Assembly: GCA_964600365.1 (NCBI GenBank)
Contig: CAZRJG010000003.1
Coordinates: forward strand, 30,001 to 94,000
DNA from: an uncultured Acidimicrobiia bacterium
GTDB lineage: Bacteria > Actinomycetota > Acidimicrobiia > Spongiisociales > JAENVV01
Length of the DNA: 64,000 bases
Reading direction: 5' to 3'
Made by a program: the position numbers and the translations under genes. The notes beneath the pieces are model-generated. The model was not told where the DNA came from. It made no database searches and worked only from the letters and a program-made list of their open reading frames with translations. Numbering within the stretch: the stretch's first letter is position 1; each line of letters opens with the position of its first letter. This document shows, piece after piece, positions 9,619-20,118 of this stretch.

Positions 9619-10853
9619 TGCGTTCGCCACGGTTCTTCGTCGTGGTCGGGGTGGCCTCGCTCGTCGTGGCCCTCGGCGCCACGTCGGTGGTCCTCCTCGA
9701 CCGGGCGACGGCGCGGACGTCACACGGGTGGGAGGACTGCGTGGCCCCACGTGTGGGGGAGGTCCCCGACTGGGACACGCTCGGCGTGGACGAGTGGGAC
9801 GGTGCGCCGTTGCGGATCGAACCACTGGCCGGAGTCGCGGACGCCACGTCGGTCGCCGAGACACTCGACGGGTCGTTGCTCGTGACGTCGAAGCCGGGGA
9901 CACTCCACCGGGTCTCCGATGGCGGTTCCGAGGTACTCCTCGACCTCCGTGAGCAGGTCCTGAGCGAGGGCGCCGAGCAGGGACTCACCGACGTCGCCGT
10001 CGATCGTGCGCGCAATGCGATGTACCTCGCGCTCACCGACCTGCGGGGCGACCTGGAGATCCGGGCCTACACGCTCGACCCCGAAGGCCTCCCGATCGAC
10101 TCGCCCCGACTCGTCCTCCGCCTCGAGCAACCCCATGAATGGCACCAGGGCGGTGACATCGAGGTCGGCCCCGATGGCATGGTGTACATCTCCTTCGGCG
10201 ACGGCGGCGCCATCGGCGACCCGGGCCTCAACGGCCAGGACCCCTCGACGCTCCTCTCCTCGATCATTCGCATCGATCCGACTCGGGACGGGTACGACAT
10301 CCCCCCTGAGAACCCCTTCGTGGGCGGCTTCTTCACCGCCGGCAGGGAGGAGGTCATCGCGTACGGGCTCCGCAATCCGTGGCGCATCTCGTTCGACAGG
10401 GACACCGGCGCCCTATGGATCGGCGATGTCGGGCAGAACTGCACCGAGGAGGTGAACGTCCTCACCGCCGACGATTGGGGCGCCAACTTCGGGTGGTCGG
10501 GCCTCGAAGGGTCGTACCGTTTCCAGGGCGACGTTCCGCCGGGCCACCTCCTCCCGGTGTTCGAGTACGCCCACCCCTCAGTCGGGTGCGCGATCACCGG
10601 CGGCTACGTGTACCGGGGCGAGGCGATCCCTGAGCTGCGGGGGATGTACGTCTTCGCCGACTACTGCCGGGGCCGACTCCACGCGCTCGAACTGGACGGG
10701 ACCGACGTGGTCGGGGTGATCGACCTCGGGGTGCGCGTGCCGCTGCTCCCGTCGTTCGGCGAGCGTTCCGACGGTGAATTGCTCGTGGTGTCGCTCGAGC
10801 GGGGTCCCGCCCTGCTCGTGCCGACTCCGGCGGACGACGTCGGCGACGGTTAG
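9618..10853 (+). CDS. PQQ-dependent sugar dehydrogenase (Sdh/YliI, GSDH family)
   Basis: 'EQGLTDVA', 'HQGGDIEVGPDGMVYISFGDGG', 'AYGLRNPWRISFD', 'GDVGQN' and 'AITGGYVYRG'. ATG overlaps the upstream TGA. Confidence 0.88.
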   Translation: MRSPRFFVVVGVASLVVALGATSVVLLDRATARTSHGWEDCVAPRVGEVPDWDTLGVDEWDGAPLRIEPLAGVADATSVAETLDGSLLVTSKPGTLHRVSDGGSEVLLDLREQVLSEGAEQGLTDVAVDRARNAMYLALTDLRGDLEIRAYTLDPEGLPIDSPRLVLRLEQPHEWHQGGDIEVGPDGMVYISFGDGGAIGDPGLNGQDPSTLLSSIIRIDPTRDGYDIPPENPFVGGFFTAGREEVIAYGLRNPWRISFDRDTGALWIGDVGQNCTEEVNVLTADDWGANFGWSGLEGSYRFQGDVPPGHLLPVFEYAHPSVGCAITGGYVYRGEAIPELRGMYVFADYCRGRLHALELDGTDVVGVIDLGVRVPLLPSFGERSDGELLVVSLERGPALLVPTPADDVGDG

Positions 10854-11746
10854 CCGAACGACCGTCGCTCGAATGTGAGACGCGCCTGTCCGCCGAGGCG
10901 CCGCTCCTCCCACGACAGGAGCTGGAGTCCTCCCTCGAGTTCCCATCGGACCTCCCATCGACCCTCGGAGAACCGTGCCGAGATGACCTCGGCCGATGTC
11001 CCGTCGGCCGTGACCCGGATGGAGTCCTCGGGGACGAAGTGGTCGGCGAAGACATTGCGGTGGCCGATGAAGCGAGCGCTCCACGGGTCGTCGGGTGCGT
11101 GCCAGATTGCCTCGGCGGTGTCGACCCGGATCACCCTCCCATCCCGCATGAGCCCCACCCGGTCGGCGAGGCGGAACGCCTCGGCCCGATCATGGGTGAC
11201 GTGGATGGCGGGCAGTGAGCCGAGGAGTCGGTCGAGCTCCTCCACGAGGCGCTCGCGCAGCCCCGCATCGAGTGAGCCGAGCGGCTCGTCGAGCAGGAGG
11301 AGGCGGGGTTCGGCCACCAGCGCACGGGCGAGGGCGACCCGCTGCTGCTCGCCTCCCGACAGCCCGTCGATCCTGCGTGGGCCGAATCCCCCGAGTCCGA
11401 CCAACTCCAGGGCCCCCGCCACGGCCCCGGGATCGGCCGTCCCATGGATGCTCGGACCGAACCCGACGTTGCCAGCCACGTCGAGGTGGGGGAAGAGTGC
11501 GTAGTCCTGGAAGACCATGCCGAAGCGCCGCCGATCGGGAGGGAACGCTCCCAGTTCCTCGTCGTCCCATCGGAGCGATCCCTGCGCCGGGACGAGCCCG
11601 GCGACGGCCCGGAGCAGCGTCGTCTTGCCCGATCCGCTCGGACCGAGGAGAACGAGGGTCTCGGACCCCACGACGTCGAGGTCGACGTCGGACAGGATGC
11701 GGGTCCCGCCCAACTCCACGGTGAGTCCGCGGACCTGCAGGTTCAC
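10850..11746 (-). CDS. thiQ: ABC transporter ATP-binding subunit, thiamine import
   Basis: Walker A GPSGSGKT, signature LSGGEQQR, Walker B LLLLDEP. Third gene of a TPP-riboswitch operon. Confidence 0.85.
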   Translation of the reverse strand: MNLQVRGLTVELGGTRILSDVDLDVVGSETLVLLGPSGSGKTTLLRAVAGLVPAQGSLRWDDEELGAFPPDRRRFGMVFQDYALFPHLDVAGNVGFGPSIHGTADPGAVAGALELVGLGGFGPRRIDGLSGGEQQRVALARALVAEPRLLLLDEPLGSLDAGLRERLVEELDRLLGSLPAIHVTHDRAEAFRLADRVGLMRDGRVIRVDTAEAIWHAPDDPWSARFIGHRNVFADHFVPEDSIRVTADGTSAEVISARFSEGRWEVRWELEGGLQLLSWEERRLGGQARLTFERRSFG

Positions 11747-13272
11747 AGCGTCTCCTCACCCGTGCGGAATCGATCGACGGCGAGGACGGCGATCACCGTC
11801 ACGACCATGAGGACCAAGGAGCCGGCTGCTGCGACATCGCCGACCCCAGGGCGCCCGAGTGCGCGGAAGACGAGGAGGGGCAGCGTCGGGTCGGCGGGAC
11901 GTGCGACGAACGCGGTGGCGCCGAACTCCCCGAGCGAGATCGCGAACGAGAACCCGGCGCCGACCATGACGGCGCGCGCCACCACCGGCCACTCCACGAG
12001 GCGCCAGACCGCCCCGGGGTCCGCCCCGAGCACGGTCGCCGCCTCGCGGAGGCGTGCCGGCACGGCGGCGAGGGCAGGCCCCATTGTCCGGGTCACGAAC
12101 GGCACGGCGACGAGTGCGTGCGCGATCGGTACCAGCCATCGGGACGCCCGGAGGTCGACCGGCCAATCAAGCGCGATCAGGAAGCCGAGCCCGATGGTCA
12201 CCGCCGAGGTGCCCAGGGGGAGCAGGACCACCCGATCGAGGATGCGCCCTCCCCGGGTGCGATCCGCGATGGCGACGGCGGTCAGGCCACCAATGACGGT
12301 CGCGAGCACGGTGGCCATGGCTGCGTATGTGAGCGAGGTGAGCGTGGCGGCGACGGGGTCGATGCCGAGGCGACCACCGGTGTCGAGCAGTCGTGGCAGT
12401 GCGCCGAATCCGGACCGAACGAGCGCGGCGATCGGCAGTGCGACAGCGCCGCCGGTGACTCCGAGCACCACCCAGGCGGGCCACGACCGAGTCCCTTCCC
12501 GTGCTCGACGGACGTCGGTGCGAGCTGCGAACGGCTCCCGTTCCTGGAGTCGGAGGACGACGAGCACCACGACGAGCTGGAGGACGGCGAGGGTGGCTGC
12601 TGCGGGGAGGTCGAGGCGCTGCACGGCATTGCGCCAGATCTCCACCTCCAGTGTGCGCAGGCGGAGGTCTCCGAGGATGAGCACCGTGCCGAATGCCGAG
12701 AAGGTGAGGAGGAAGACAAGCGAGGAGGCGGCTCGGATCGCCGGCCCGAGGGCCGGGAGGGTCACACGCCGCAGCGTTGTCCACGGGCCTGCTCCGAGGG
12801 TGCGCGCGACGTCCTCGAGGTGGCTGCCGAGTCGGCTCCATCGCGTCCCGACGAGCCGGATCACGATGGCGAGGTTGTAGAAGACGTGCGCGGCGATGAT
12901 CACCATCGCGGATCCCTCCCACGGCGTCCCCTCGGCGAGGCGGAGGAAGGCGATCCCCACGACCACAGTCGGGAGCACGAAGGGGATCGTCGTGGCGGCG
13001 AGGAACCCCCGACTGCGGGCGAGCCCGAGTCGGGAGACGCCCCACGCCGCCGGGAGCCCCAGGGCCACCGTCGCCGCCGTGGACGCAAGCGCCTGCCACG
13101 TGGTGAACCACAGCGCATCGACGGTTGCCGACGAACGAAGGACGTCGAGGGGTGTGCTCTCGGGGGCGGCGAGGCCGGTCCAGAGGACCCGGGCCACCGG
13201 ATGCACGAACAGGTACCCGAGGAAGAGCGCAGGGGGGGCCCACGCCCATCGCCTCAGGCCACGGGTCGTCAT
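11743..13272 (-). CDS. thiP: Thiamine ABC transporter permease (duplicated TM domain)
   Basis: Two EAA-like loops ('LEDVARTLGA', 'LREAATVLGA'), 'FTTWQALAST' and 'SLGEFGAT'. Confidence 0.85.
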   Translation of the reverse strand: MTTRGLRRWAWAPPALFLGYLFVHPVARVLWTGLAAPESTPLDVLRSSATVDALWFTTWQALASTAATVALGLPAAWGVSRLGLARSRGFLAATTIPFVLPTVVVGIAFLRLAEGTPWEGSAMVIIAAHVFYNLAIVIRLVGTRWSRLGSHLEDVARTLGAGPWTTLRRVTLPALGPAIRAASSLVFLLTFSAFGTVLILGDLRLRTLEVEIWRNAVQRLDLPAAATLAVLQLVVVLVVLRLQEREPFAARTDVRRAREGTRSWPAWVVLGVTGGAVALPIAALVRSGFGALPRLLDTGGRLGIDPVAATLTSLTYAAMATVLATVIGGLTAVAIADRTRGGRILDRVVLLPLGTSAVTIGLGFLIALDWPVDLRASRWLVPIAHALVAVPFVTRTMGPALAAVPARLREAATVLGADPGAVWRLVEWPVVARAVMVGAGFSFAISLGEFGATAFVARPADPTLPLLVFRALGRPGVGDVAAAGSLVLMVVTVIAVLAVDRFRTGEETL

Positions 13273-14285
13273 GAGCCGAGCACGATCTCCGTCCATCGAT
13301 CGATGAGGTCGTCCCGGCGCTCCTCGATCTCATCCTCGGGGAGGGTGAGGGGGGCCTCGGGCACGACTGCCCACTCAACGAACTCCGCCGGGAGGGGGGT
13401 CCCCTCGACGGCCGGGAACACGAACATCGACAGCGGCACGTCTTCTTGGAAGGTGCTCGAGAGCATGAAGTCGATGAGGGCCTCCGCCGACGATGAAGGG
13501 CGAAGGATCCCTGCGTACTCGACCTGGCGGTAGCAGGTGGACTCCATCACGCCCGTGGGTGCCGTAGCCACCGGTGGGTCGGCGTAGATCACCTCGGCGG
13601 GTGGCGAAGACGCATAGGAGACGACGAGCGGCCTGTCGCCTCCCCCACCGACGGTGAAGGGCCCGTAGTAGGCCTCCTCCCATCCCGACGTCACCTCGAC
13701 GCCGTTGGCCGCGAGGTCGGTCCAGAACGACTCCCAGTCGTCCCCGAACTCGGCGACGGTGGCGAGGAGGAAGGCGAGGCCGGGCGACGAGGTGGCCGGG
13801 TTCTGCACCACGAGCTTGGAGGCGTACTCCGGGGCTGCGAGGTCTGCGAAGGCGGTCGGCCCCCCATCGGGGAAGGCGGCGAGGTCTACGTTCACGCACA
13901 CGTCACCGAAGTCGATGGGGGTCACCGCTGGGTCCGTCCGCAACGCATCGGGCACCCCGTCGAGGGCAGGGGATGCGTACGGCGTGAAGATCCCGGCTTC
14001 GAGCGCCCGCGACAGGAACGTGGAGTCGATTCCGAAGAGCACGTCGGCGACGGGGTTGTCGGCGGCGAGGATTGCGTTCCCCACGACCGTCCCGGCGTCG
14101 CCTGCCTGGAGGAGGTTGACGGTGATCCCGGTCTCCTCGGTGAAGGCCTCGAACACGCCCTCGGACACGTAGAACGAGTCGTGGGTGAGCAGGGTGACCT
14201 CGGTCGGCGCCTCCGTGGTCGTGGGAGACGCGCCGGTCGAGCATGCGGTCAGGAGCAGAGCGACGGCGATGGCCGTGGCACGCAT
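13269..14285 (-). CDS. thiB: Thiamine ABC transporter substrate-binding lipoprotein
   Basis: Lipobox 'LTAC', 'LLTHDSF', 'TSSPGLAFL', 'WEEAY' and 'VVSYASSP'. Lies downstream of the TPP riboswitch. Confidence 0.92.
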   Translation of the reverse strand: MRATAIAVALLLTACSTGASPTTTEAPTEVTLLTHDSFYVSEGVFEAFTEETGITVNLLQAGDAGTVVGNAILAADNPVADVLFGIDSTFLSRALEAGIFTPYASPALDGVPDALRTDPAVTPIDFGDVCVNVDLAAFPDGGPTAFADLAAPEYASKLVVQNPATSSPGLAFLLATVAEFGDDWESFWTDLAANGVEVTSGWEEAYYGPFTVGGGGDRPLVVSYASSPPAEVIYADPPVATAPTGVMESTCYRQVEYAGILRPSSSAEALIDFMLSSTFQEDVPLSMFVFPAVEGTPLPAEFVEWAVVPEAPLTLPEDEIEERRDDLIDRWTEIVLGS

Positions 14286-14325
14286 AGTGATTCCTCTCGA
14301 CCAGCGGGGGAGCGGTGTATCACCG

Positions 14326-14419
14326 TGCCACGCCTCCCTCCGCCGGCATGATCCGGTTCAGGTTCTTCGGGTCGGCGGACGAACCGCCCTCTCAGCCGCA
14401 TGGGCTCCCCGGTGTGGCA
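14326..14419 (-). ncRNA. TPP (thi-box) riboswitch
   Basis: The minus strand reads TGCCACACCGGGGAGCCCATGCGGCTGAGAGGGCGG...CCGCCGACCCGAAGAACCTGAACCGGATCATGCCGGCGGAGGGAGGCGTGGCA. This contains the conserved GGGG, CUGAGA, ACCUGA, AUGCCGGCG and AGGGA elements, directly upstream of thiB. Confidence 0.95.
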
Positions 14420-14459
14420 GTCGCATAGTACCCGTTCCGCGGGCCGATAGGCTCGCCGC

Positions 14460-15482
14460 ATGCGACTGGGACTCATGACCGGGTACTGGAGCGCCGGTCC
14501 GCCGGCCGACGCGCTGGAGGCGATCCAGCAGGCCGACCGCCTCGGCTACGACTCGGTGTGGACCGCGGAGGCGTACGGCTCGGACGTGTTCACGCCCCTC
14601 GCGTGGTGGGGCTCCCAGACCGAGCGCATCGGGCTCGGCACCGGGATTGCCCAGATGAGTGCGCGCACACCGGTTGCGACGGCCATGGCGGCGATGACCC
14701 TCGACCACCTCTCGGGTGGTCGGGTGAAGCTGGGGATCGGCGTGAGCGGGCCCCAGGTCGTCGAGGGTTGGTATGGGCATCCCTTTCCCCGTCCGCTGGC
14801 CCGCACCCGCGAATACATCGACATCCTGCGTGCGACGATGCGCAGAGACGTCGTCGAGTACGACGGCGAGTTCTTCCAGCTCCCCTACCCCGGGGGCACA
14901 GGGCTGGGGAAGGCGCTCAAGAGCACGCTCCATCCCTATCGGGAGGAGATTCCGATCTACCTCGCAGCCGAGGGGCCGAAGAACGTCTCGCTCTCCGCGG
15001 AGCTCTGCGATGGATGGCTCACCTTCTTCTTTGCCCCGAAGGACGACGGCTTCTACCGGGATGCGCTCCAGGCGGGCTTCGACACGCGTGGCGAGGACCG
15101 CTGGGGTGTGTTCGATGTCGCGTCCCCGGTCCCGTTCGTGCCGAACCCTGACATCGAGCAGGCGGCGGACGCGATCCGACCCCACATTGCCCTCTACGTC
15201 GGGGGGATGGGCTCGCGGGAGACGAACTTCCACCGCGCCGTCTTCGAGCGGATGGGGTACGAGGAGGAGTGTGCGCGCATCACCGATCTGTACCTCGAGG
15301 GCAAGAAGCAGGAAGCCGCCGCGGCGGTCCCGACGCGGATGGTGGAGGAGGTCGCACTCATCGGGTCGCCCGACAAGATCCGCGACGACCTCGCTCGATT
15401 CGAGGAGTCGATCGTGACGACGATCCTCATCCAGGGTCCGGCAGCCCTCGTCCCGATGGCAGCAGAGATCATCCTGGGCTGA
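14460..15482 (+). CDS. LLM-class F420-dependent oxidoreductase (Rv3520c-like)
   Basis: 'DSVWTAEAYGSD', 'LDHLSGGRVKLGIGVSGPQVVEGWYG' and 'YLAAEGPKN'. Confidence 0.9.
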   Translation: MRLGLMTGYWSAGPPADALEAIQQADRLGYDSVWTAEAYGSDVFTPLAWWGSQTERIGLGTGIAQMSARTPVATAMAAMTLDHLSGGRVKLGIGVSGPQVVEGWYGHPFPRPLARTREYIDILRATMRRDVVEYDGEFFQLPYPGGTGLGKALKSTLHPYREEIPIYLAAEGPKNVSLSAELCDGWLTFFFAPKDDGFYRDALQAGFDTRGEDRWGVFDVASPVPFVPNPDIEQAADAIRPHIALYVGGMGSRETNFHRAVFERMGYEEECARITDLYLEGKKQEAAAAVPTRMVEEVALIGSPDKIRDDLARFEESIVTTILIQGPAALVPMAAEIILG

Positions 15483-15548
15483 CGCTCCCATGGCTGGAGG
15501 CCCTGGTGGCGTTTTCTGTTCGAGCCGGACCCGGCATAGCCTGCTCGG

Positions 15549-18038
15549 ATGGACCTCGAACGCATTCTCACCGACGAGTCGTCGCCCCGGCTCGGCACGA
15601 GCCCCGAAACCCTCGCGAGGGGCATCGTGGAGAACCTCTTCTTCGTGCAGGGGCGCCTCCCGGAGAACGCCAGCAGCAAGGCCTGGTACGAGGCGCTCGC
15701 CGTCACCCTGCGACACCGGCTCATGCCGAAGTGGGCGAACACGCTCGAATCGCGCCAGGAGCCGAGCGTCCGCCAGGTTGCCTACCTCTCGGCGGAGTTC
15801 CTCCTCGGTCCCCACGCCGGGTCGGTGATCCAGGCCCTCGACCTGGGTGAGGAGGTCCAGGATGCGTGCGGGCTCCTCGGGATCGACCTCGACGCGGTCC
15901 TCGCCGAGGAACCCGAGCCGGGCCTCGGCAACGGCGGTCTCGGACGGCTGGCTGCGTGCTACCTCGACTCCCTCGCCGCCCTCGACTACCCGGCGATGGG
16001 GTACGGCATCCGCTACGAGCACGGCATCTTCGTCCAGTCGATCGAGGGTGGTCGGCAGGTGGAACTGCCGGACAACTGGTTGTCCCGTGGCAATCCGTGG
16101 GAGGTTCTTCGGGCGGGGTTGAGCTACGACGTTGGTTTCGGCGGCCGCACCGAGCGCGTCCGCGACGGACGGGGTCGTATGCACGTGCAGTGGATCCCCG
16201 ACGAGGTGGTGAAGGGCGTCGCCCACGACACGCCGATCGTGGGGTACAAGGTCGACACGGTGAATACCCTTCGACTCTGGAGCGCGGAGTCCCCGGAGTC
16301 ATTGGACCTCGATGCGTTCAACAAGGGTGACTTCGACGGCGCAGTGGCCGCCCAGGTCGACTCGGAGACGATCTCAAAGGTCCTCTACCCCAACGACGAG
16401 GGCGATCTCGGGAAGGTCCTCCGGCTCAAGCAGCAGTACTTCTTCACCTCGTGCGCGCTCCAGGACATGATGCGCTTCCACCTGCGCACGGGTGGGAACC
16501 CCGCGTCGTTCCATGAGCGGTACGCCATCCAGCTCAACGACACGCACCCGGCGATCGCCGTTGCCGAACTGGTCCGCCTCCTCGTCGACGTGCATGGGCT
16601 CGAGTGGGACACCGCGTGGGAGGTGACCTCCCGCTCGTTCGCGTTCACGAACCACACCCTGCTCCCCGAGGCGCTGGAGACCTGGCCGGAGCGCTTCTTC
16701 TCCCAGCTCCTCCCTCGCCACCTCGAGATCATCCACGAGGTGAACCGGCGCTTCCTCGACGAGGTGCGCATCCGGGTCCACGGTGATCCCGGGCCGATCG
16801 AGCGCCTCTCGATCATCGAGGACCGCGGCGAGCGGCGCATCCGCATGGCGAACCTCGCTGCGGCTGCGAGCCACACCATCAACGGGGTGAGCTCGCTTCA
16901 CTCCGAACTCCTCACCGAGCGGGTGATGAGTGACTTCTACGCGCTGTGGCCCGAGAAGTTCACGAACGTGACGAACGGCGTGACCCCTCGCCGCTTCCTC
17001 AAGCTCTCCAACCATGGCCTGGTGCAGCTCGTCGGGTCCCGCATCGGTGAGCATTGGATCTCCGACCTCGAGCGCATTCGGGAGATCGAGGAGCACGCCG
17101 ACGACCCTGTGCTCCGCGAGGACTGGCAGGCGGTGAAGCGGGCGAACAAGGTGCGCCTCGCCCGTCGCATCGGTCGGGCGACCTCGATCTCGGTGGATCC
17201 CGACTCCATGTTCGATGTCCAGGTGAAGCGCATCCATGAGTACAAGCGCCAGCACCTCAACCTGCTCCACATCATCACGCTCTACAACCGGATCAAGCTC
17301 GGGACCTACGCCGGCCCGCCCCGGACCGTGATCTTCGGTGGCAAGGCGGCACCGGGGTACTGGATGGCGAAGGAGATCATCGAGGCGATCCATGCCGTGG
17401 CGCGGGCCGTGAACCGCGATCCTGCGGTTCGCGGGCTCCTCAAGGTCATCTTCCTCCCCGACTTCAACGTGACCTCCGCACAGGAGATCTACCCGGCAGC
17501 CGACCTCTCTGAGCAGATCTCGACCGCCGGGTACGAGGCCTCCGGAACAGGCAACATGAAGTTCGCCCTCAACGGTGCCCTGACGATCGGCACCCTCGAC
17601 GGTGCGAACGTGGAGATCCGGGAGCGGGTCGGGGCGGAGAACTTCTTCCTCTTCGGCCTCACCGCCGATGAGGTGGTCGCTTGCCAGGAATCAGGCCGCA
17701 ATCCGCGTGACATCGTAGAGGCGGACTCCGAGCTCGCGGCGGCGATGGAGCTCCTCGGATCCGGCTTCTTCGCCGGGGGCGACCCGGACTGGTTCGGTGG
17801 CCTCGTGAAGAACCTGCTCGAGAACGACCACTTCCTCGTGTTAGACGACTACCGGGCGTACGTCGACTGCCAGGCCGAGGTGGGCTCGGTGTACCTCGAC
17901 CAATCGGAGTGGGCGAAGCGGTCCATCCTCAATACGGCGAGGGTTGGCTTCTTCAGCTCCGACCGGTCGATCCACGAGTACGCCGAGCGGATCTGGTCGC
18001 TCCCGCCCCACCCGCCGGGCGAGTCGCTGCTGGGCTGA
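15549..18038 (+). CDS. glgP: Glycogen/starch/alpha-glucan phosphorylase
   Basis: 'LGNGGLGRLAACYLDS', 'IQLNDTHP', 'TNHTLLPEALE', 'VKRIHEYKRQ' and PLP-binding 'EASGTGNMKF'. Confidence 0.97.
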   Translation: MDLERILTDESSPRLGTSPETLARGIVENLFFVQGRLPENASSKAWYEALAVTLRHRLMPKWANTLESRQEPSVRQVAYLSAEFLLGPHAGSVIQALDLGEEVQDACGLLGIDLDAVLAEEPEPGLGNGGLGRLAACYLDSLAALDYPAMGYGIRYEHGIFVQSIEGGRQVELPDNWLSRGNPWEVLRAGLSYDVGFGGRTERVRDGRGRMHVQWIPDEVVKGVAHDTPIVGYKVDTVNTLRLWSAESPESLDLDAFNKGDFDGAVAAQVDSETISKVLYPNDEGDLGKVLRLKQQYFFTSCALQDMMRFHLRTGGNPASFHERYAIQLNDTHPAIAVAELVRLLVDVHGLEWDTAWEVTSRSFAFTNHTLLPEALETWPERFFSQLLPRHLEIIHEVNRRFLDEVRIRVHGDPGPIERLSIIEDRGERRIRMANLAAAASHTINGVSSLHSELLTERVMSDFYALWPEKFTNVTNGVTPRRFLKLSNHGLVQLVGSRIGEHWISDLERIREIEEHADDPVLREDWQAVKRANKVRLARRIGRATSISVDPDSMFDVQVKRIHEYKRQHLNLLHIITLYNRIKLGTYAGPPRTVIFGGKAAPGYWMAKEIIEAIHAVARAVNRDPAVRGLLKVIFLPDFNVTSAQEIYPAADLSEQISTAGYEASGTGNMKFALNGALTIGTLDGANVEIRERVGAENFFLFGLTADEVVACQESGRNPRDIVEADSELAAAMELLGSGFFAGGDPDWFGGLVKNLLENDHFLVLDDYRAYVDCQAEVGSVYLDQSEWAKRSILNTARVGFFSSDRSIHEYAERIWSLPPHPPGESLLG

Positions 18039-18046
18039 GCGGGTCC

Positions 18047-18907
18047 GTGCGCCGCCTCGATCGCATCCCAGCCGCGGCGCTGTTCGTCGCCTCGGGGATC
18101 TCCCAGTACGCCGGCGCAGCGATTGCGGTCCTCACCTTTTCCTCCCTCGCGCCGGGCGGTGTGGCGTGGTGGCGGGTGCTGGGGGCCGGCGTCATCATCG
18201 TCGTGCTGCGGCGATCGTGGACCAAGGGATGGGACCGACGATTGCTGTTGCTCGCGGGTGCCTTCGGCACGGCGCTCGCGGCGATGAACCTCACCTTCTA
18301 CCTGGCGATCGACCGCCTGCACCTCGGCAACGCCGTCGCCATCGAGTTCGTCGGCCCAACGGTGGTGGCGGCGATCGGCGCCCGCACCCGGCGGGCATGG
18401 CTAGCCCTGGTCCTCGTGGCCGTCGGGGTGCTCGTCCTTGCCGACGTGCAATGGGAGTTGGACCCGCTCGGGGTGGTGTTCGCGCTGATGTCCGCGGCCT
18501 TCTGGGCCGGGTACATCGTTCTCGGCGCCCGGGTTGCGAACGAGGGCGGGGACGTCGACGGGCTCGGCGTCGGGATGCTCATCGGTGCGTTCGCCATCGC
18601 GCCGTTCGGGGCCGGCGAGGGGCTCGCAGCCCTCGTCACCCCGTGGGTGGTGGCGCTCGCACTCGCGACGGCGGTGCTCTCCAACGTGATCCCCTACGGC
18701 CTCGACCAGGTGATCCTCAGGCGGCTTCCCCGCCATCGATTCGCACTGCTGTTGGCCCTGTTGCCGGTGACGGCGACGGTGACTGGCCTGGTGGCCCTCC
18801 AGCAGGTGCCGACGGCGATCGAGTTGGCCGGGATCGCCCTCGTGGTGGTCGGCCTCGCTGCGAGCGATCGTGCCGAAGGGATCGGGGAAGGACCGGAGGG
18901 GTCCTGA
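18047..18907 (+). CDS. EamA/RhtA-family drug/metabolite transporter
   Basis: 'SQYAGAAIAV', 'MNLTFYLAIDRLHLGNAVAIEFVGP' and 'IPYGLDQ'. About 10 TM helices. Confidence 0.88.
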   Translation: MRRLDRIPAAALFVASGISQYAGAAIAVLTFSSLAPGGVAWWRVLGAGVIIVVLRRSWTKGWDRRLLLLAGAFGTALAAMNLTFYLAIDRLHLGNAVAIEFVGPTVVAAIGARTRRAWLALVLVAVGVLVLADVQWELDPLGVVFALMSAAFWAGYIVLGARVANEGGDVDGLGVGMLIGAFAIAPFGAGEGLAALVTPWVVALALATAVLSNVIPYGLDQVILRRLPRHRFALLLALLPVTATVTGLVALQQVPTAIELAGIALVVVGLAASDRAEGIGEGPEGS

Positions 18908-19207
18908 TCAGAGGCCGAGGCCGCCGATGAGGCGTGCCTCGAGGCCGGCGTCCATGCCTGCGATGAGCGGGCGGGCCTCTTCGATGAGCGACTGCACCGT
19001 CGGGTCACCGAGGGAGGAGGCGTGGGCCTCTGGGCTCTCCCAGACCTCGAGCACGACCACCGTATTGGGAGCGGACTCGTCGAATCCGACCAGGTACTGG
19101 ACGGATCCGTCCAACTCGTCGACGGCATCGGCGGCGCGGAGCAGGATCTCGGCCAGTTCGGGTCCCCTGCCCTCGAGTGCGACCAGTGATCCGGTGCGTG
19201 CGTACAT
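18908..19207 (-). CDS. Antibiotic biosynthesis monooxygenase (ABM/quinol monooxygenase) family
   Basis: 'GRGPELAEIL' and 'VVVLEVWESPEAHASSL'. TATCGT -10 lies 6 nt before the ATG. Confidence 0.82.
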   Translation of the reverse strand: MYARTGSLVALEGRGPELAEILLRAADAVDELDGSVQYLVGFDESAPNTVVVLEVWESPEAHASSLGDPTVQSLIEEARPLIAGMDAGLEARLIGGLGL

Positions 19208-19255
19208 GCGTCGACGATACCGCTCGGTGGCCAGACACACGCGGGAGGGCGTTGG

Positions 19256-19885
19256 CTACGCGGTGAAGGACTCGCCCCAGTCGAGCGGAACGAGCTCGAT
19301 GCCGGACTGGGCGAGGATCGCCTTCGCCATGGTGCTCATTGCAGCACGGCCGGAGTCCGAGAGGTAGAAGTCGTGGATCGGAACGACCTGGGACGGGCCG
19401 AGGGATCGTGCGAACGCAAGCGCGTCGGTCATGGAGGTCCACGGGGCCATGAGTGGTAGGGCGAGGATGGGTGCGGTCGAGGCGGGCTCGTGGCTGTCGC
19501 CGGGATGGGTGAGCAACCCGTTCATCGTCCAGCTCCGATTGGGAGGTGTCGCCCCGGTGGGGATCGCCTCGTGGAGGACATCCTCGGCGGAGCAGTCGGA
19601 GGGCACCTCGGTGGTCGCTTCGATGTCGTGGCGGGCCAACAGTTCGACCACTGCGTCGTTGGTGTGCACGACCACGTCGTCGCCCCGGTCGAGCAGCCAG
19701 CGCACGAACGCCGGCTTCGCGTGGTCGCCGTGCTCATGGGTGATGAGCACCCGTTGGACGTCGCCGATCGAGTCGAGGTCCACGGCACCCGAGTCGAAGG
19801 TCCAGAAGCCGGGGTCGAACAGGGTCGTGCCGGCGTCGGTGGTGACGAGGAGGCAGGAGTCGGCGAGTCGTCGGACAGTGGCCAT
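19256..19885 (-). CDS. MBL-fold metallo-hydrolase
   Basis: 'LFDPG', THEHGDH metal motif, 'HPGDS' and 'VPIHD'. Confidence 0.85.
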   Translation of the reverse strand: MATVRRLADSCLLVTTDAGTTLFDPGFWTFDSGAVDLDSIGDVQRVLITHEHGDHAKPAFVRWLLDRGDDVVVHTNDAVVELLARHDIEATTEVPSDCSAEDVLHEAIPTGATPPNRSWTMNGLLTHPGDSHEPASTAPILALPLMAPWTSMTDALAFARSLGPSQVVPIHDFYLSDSGRAAMSTMAKAILAQSGIELVPLDWGESFTA

Positions 19886-19923
19886 GCGCGAAACCTAGAC
19901 GCGGAGAGCGGGAAGAAACGCCC

Positions 19924-20118
19924 CTACGTGCTGGTGGTCTGCTCTTCGGGCATGAGGACCCAGAGGGCGAGGTAGATGAGGACCTGCGGTCCGGGGAGGA
20001 GCATGGAGGCCACGAAGAGGACCCGCACGACGGTGGTGTCCCACCCGAACCGCTGGGCGATCCCCGCGCACACACCTGCGATGACTCGTCCCTCCTGGGG
20101 TCGTACCAGTCCGTTCAT
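19924..20118 (-). CDS. pspC: PspC domain-containing protein
   Basis: 'LVRPQEGRVIAGVCAGIAQRFGWD...VRVLFV...QVLIYLALWVLMP' is the canonical PspC pattern. Confidence 0.92.
   Translation of the reverse strand: MNGLVRPQEGRVIAGVCAGIAQRFGWDTTVVRVLFVASMLLPGPQVLIYLALWVLMPEEQTTST

Noticed and set aside
10850-14419. TPP riboswitch-thiBPQ as a novel system
   Set aside because: Canonical, well-described arrangement. It is listed as a feature only.
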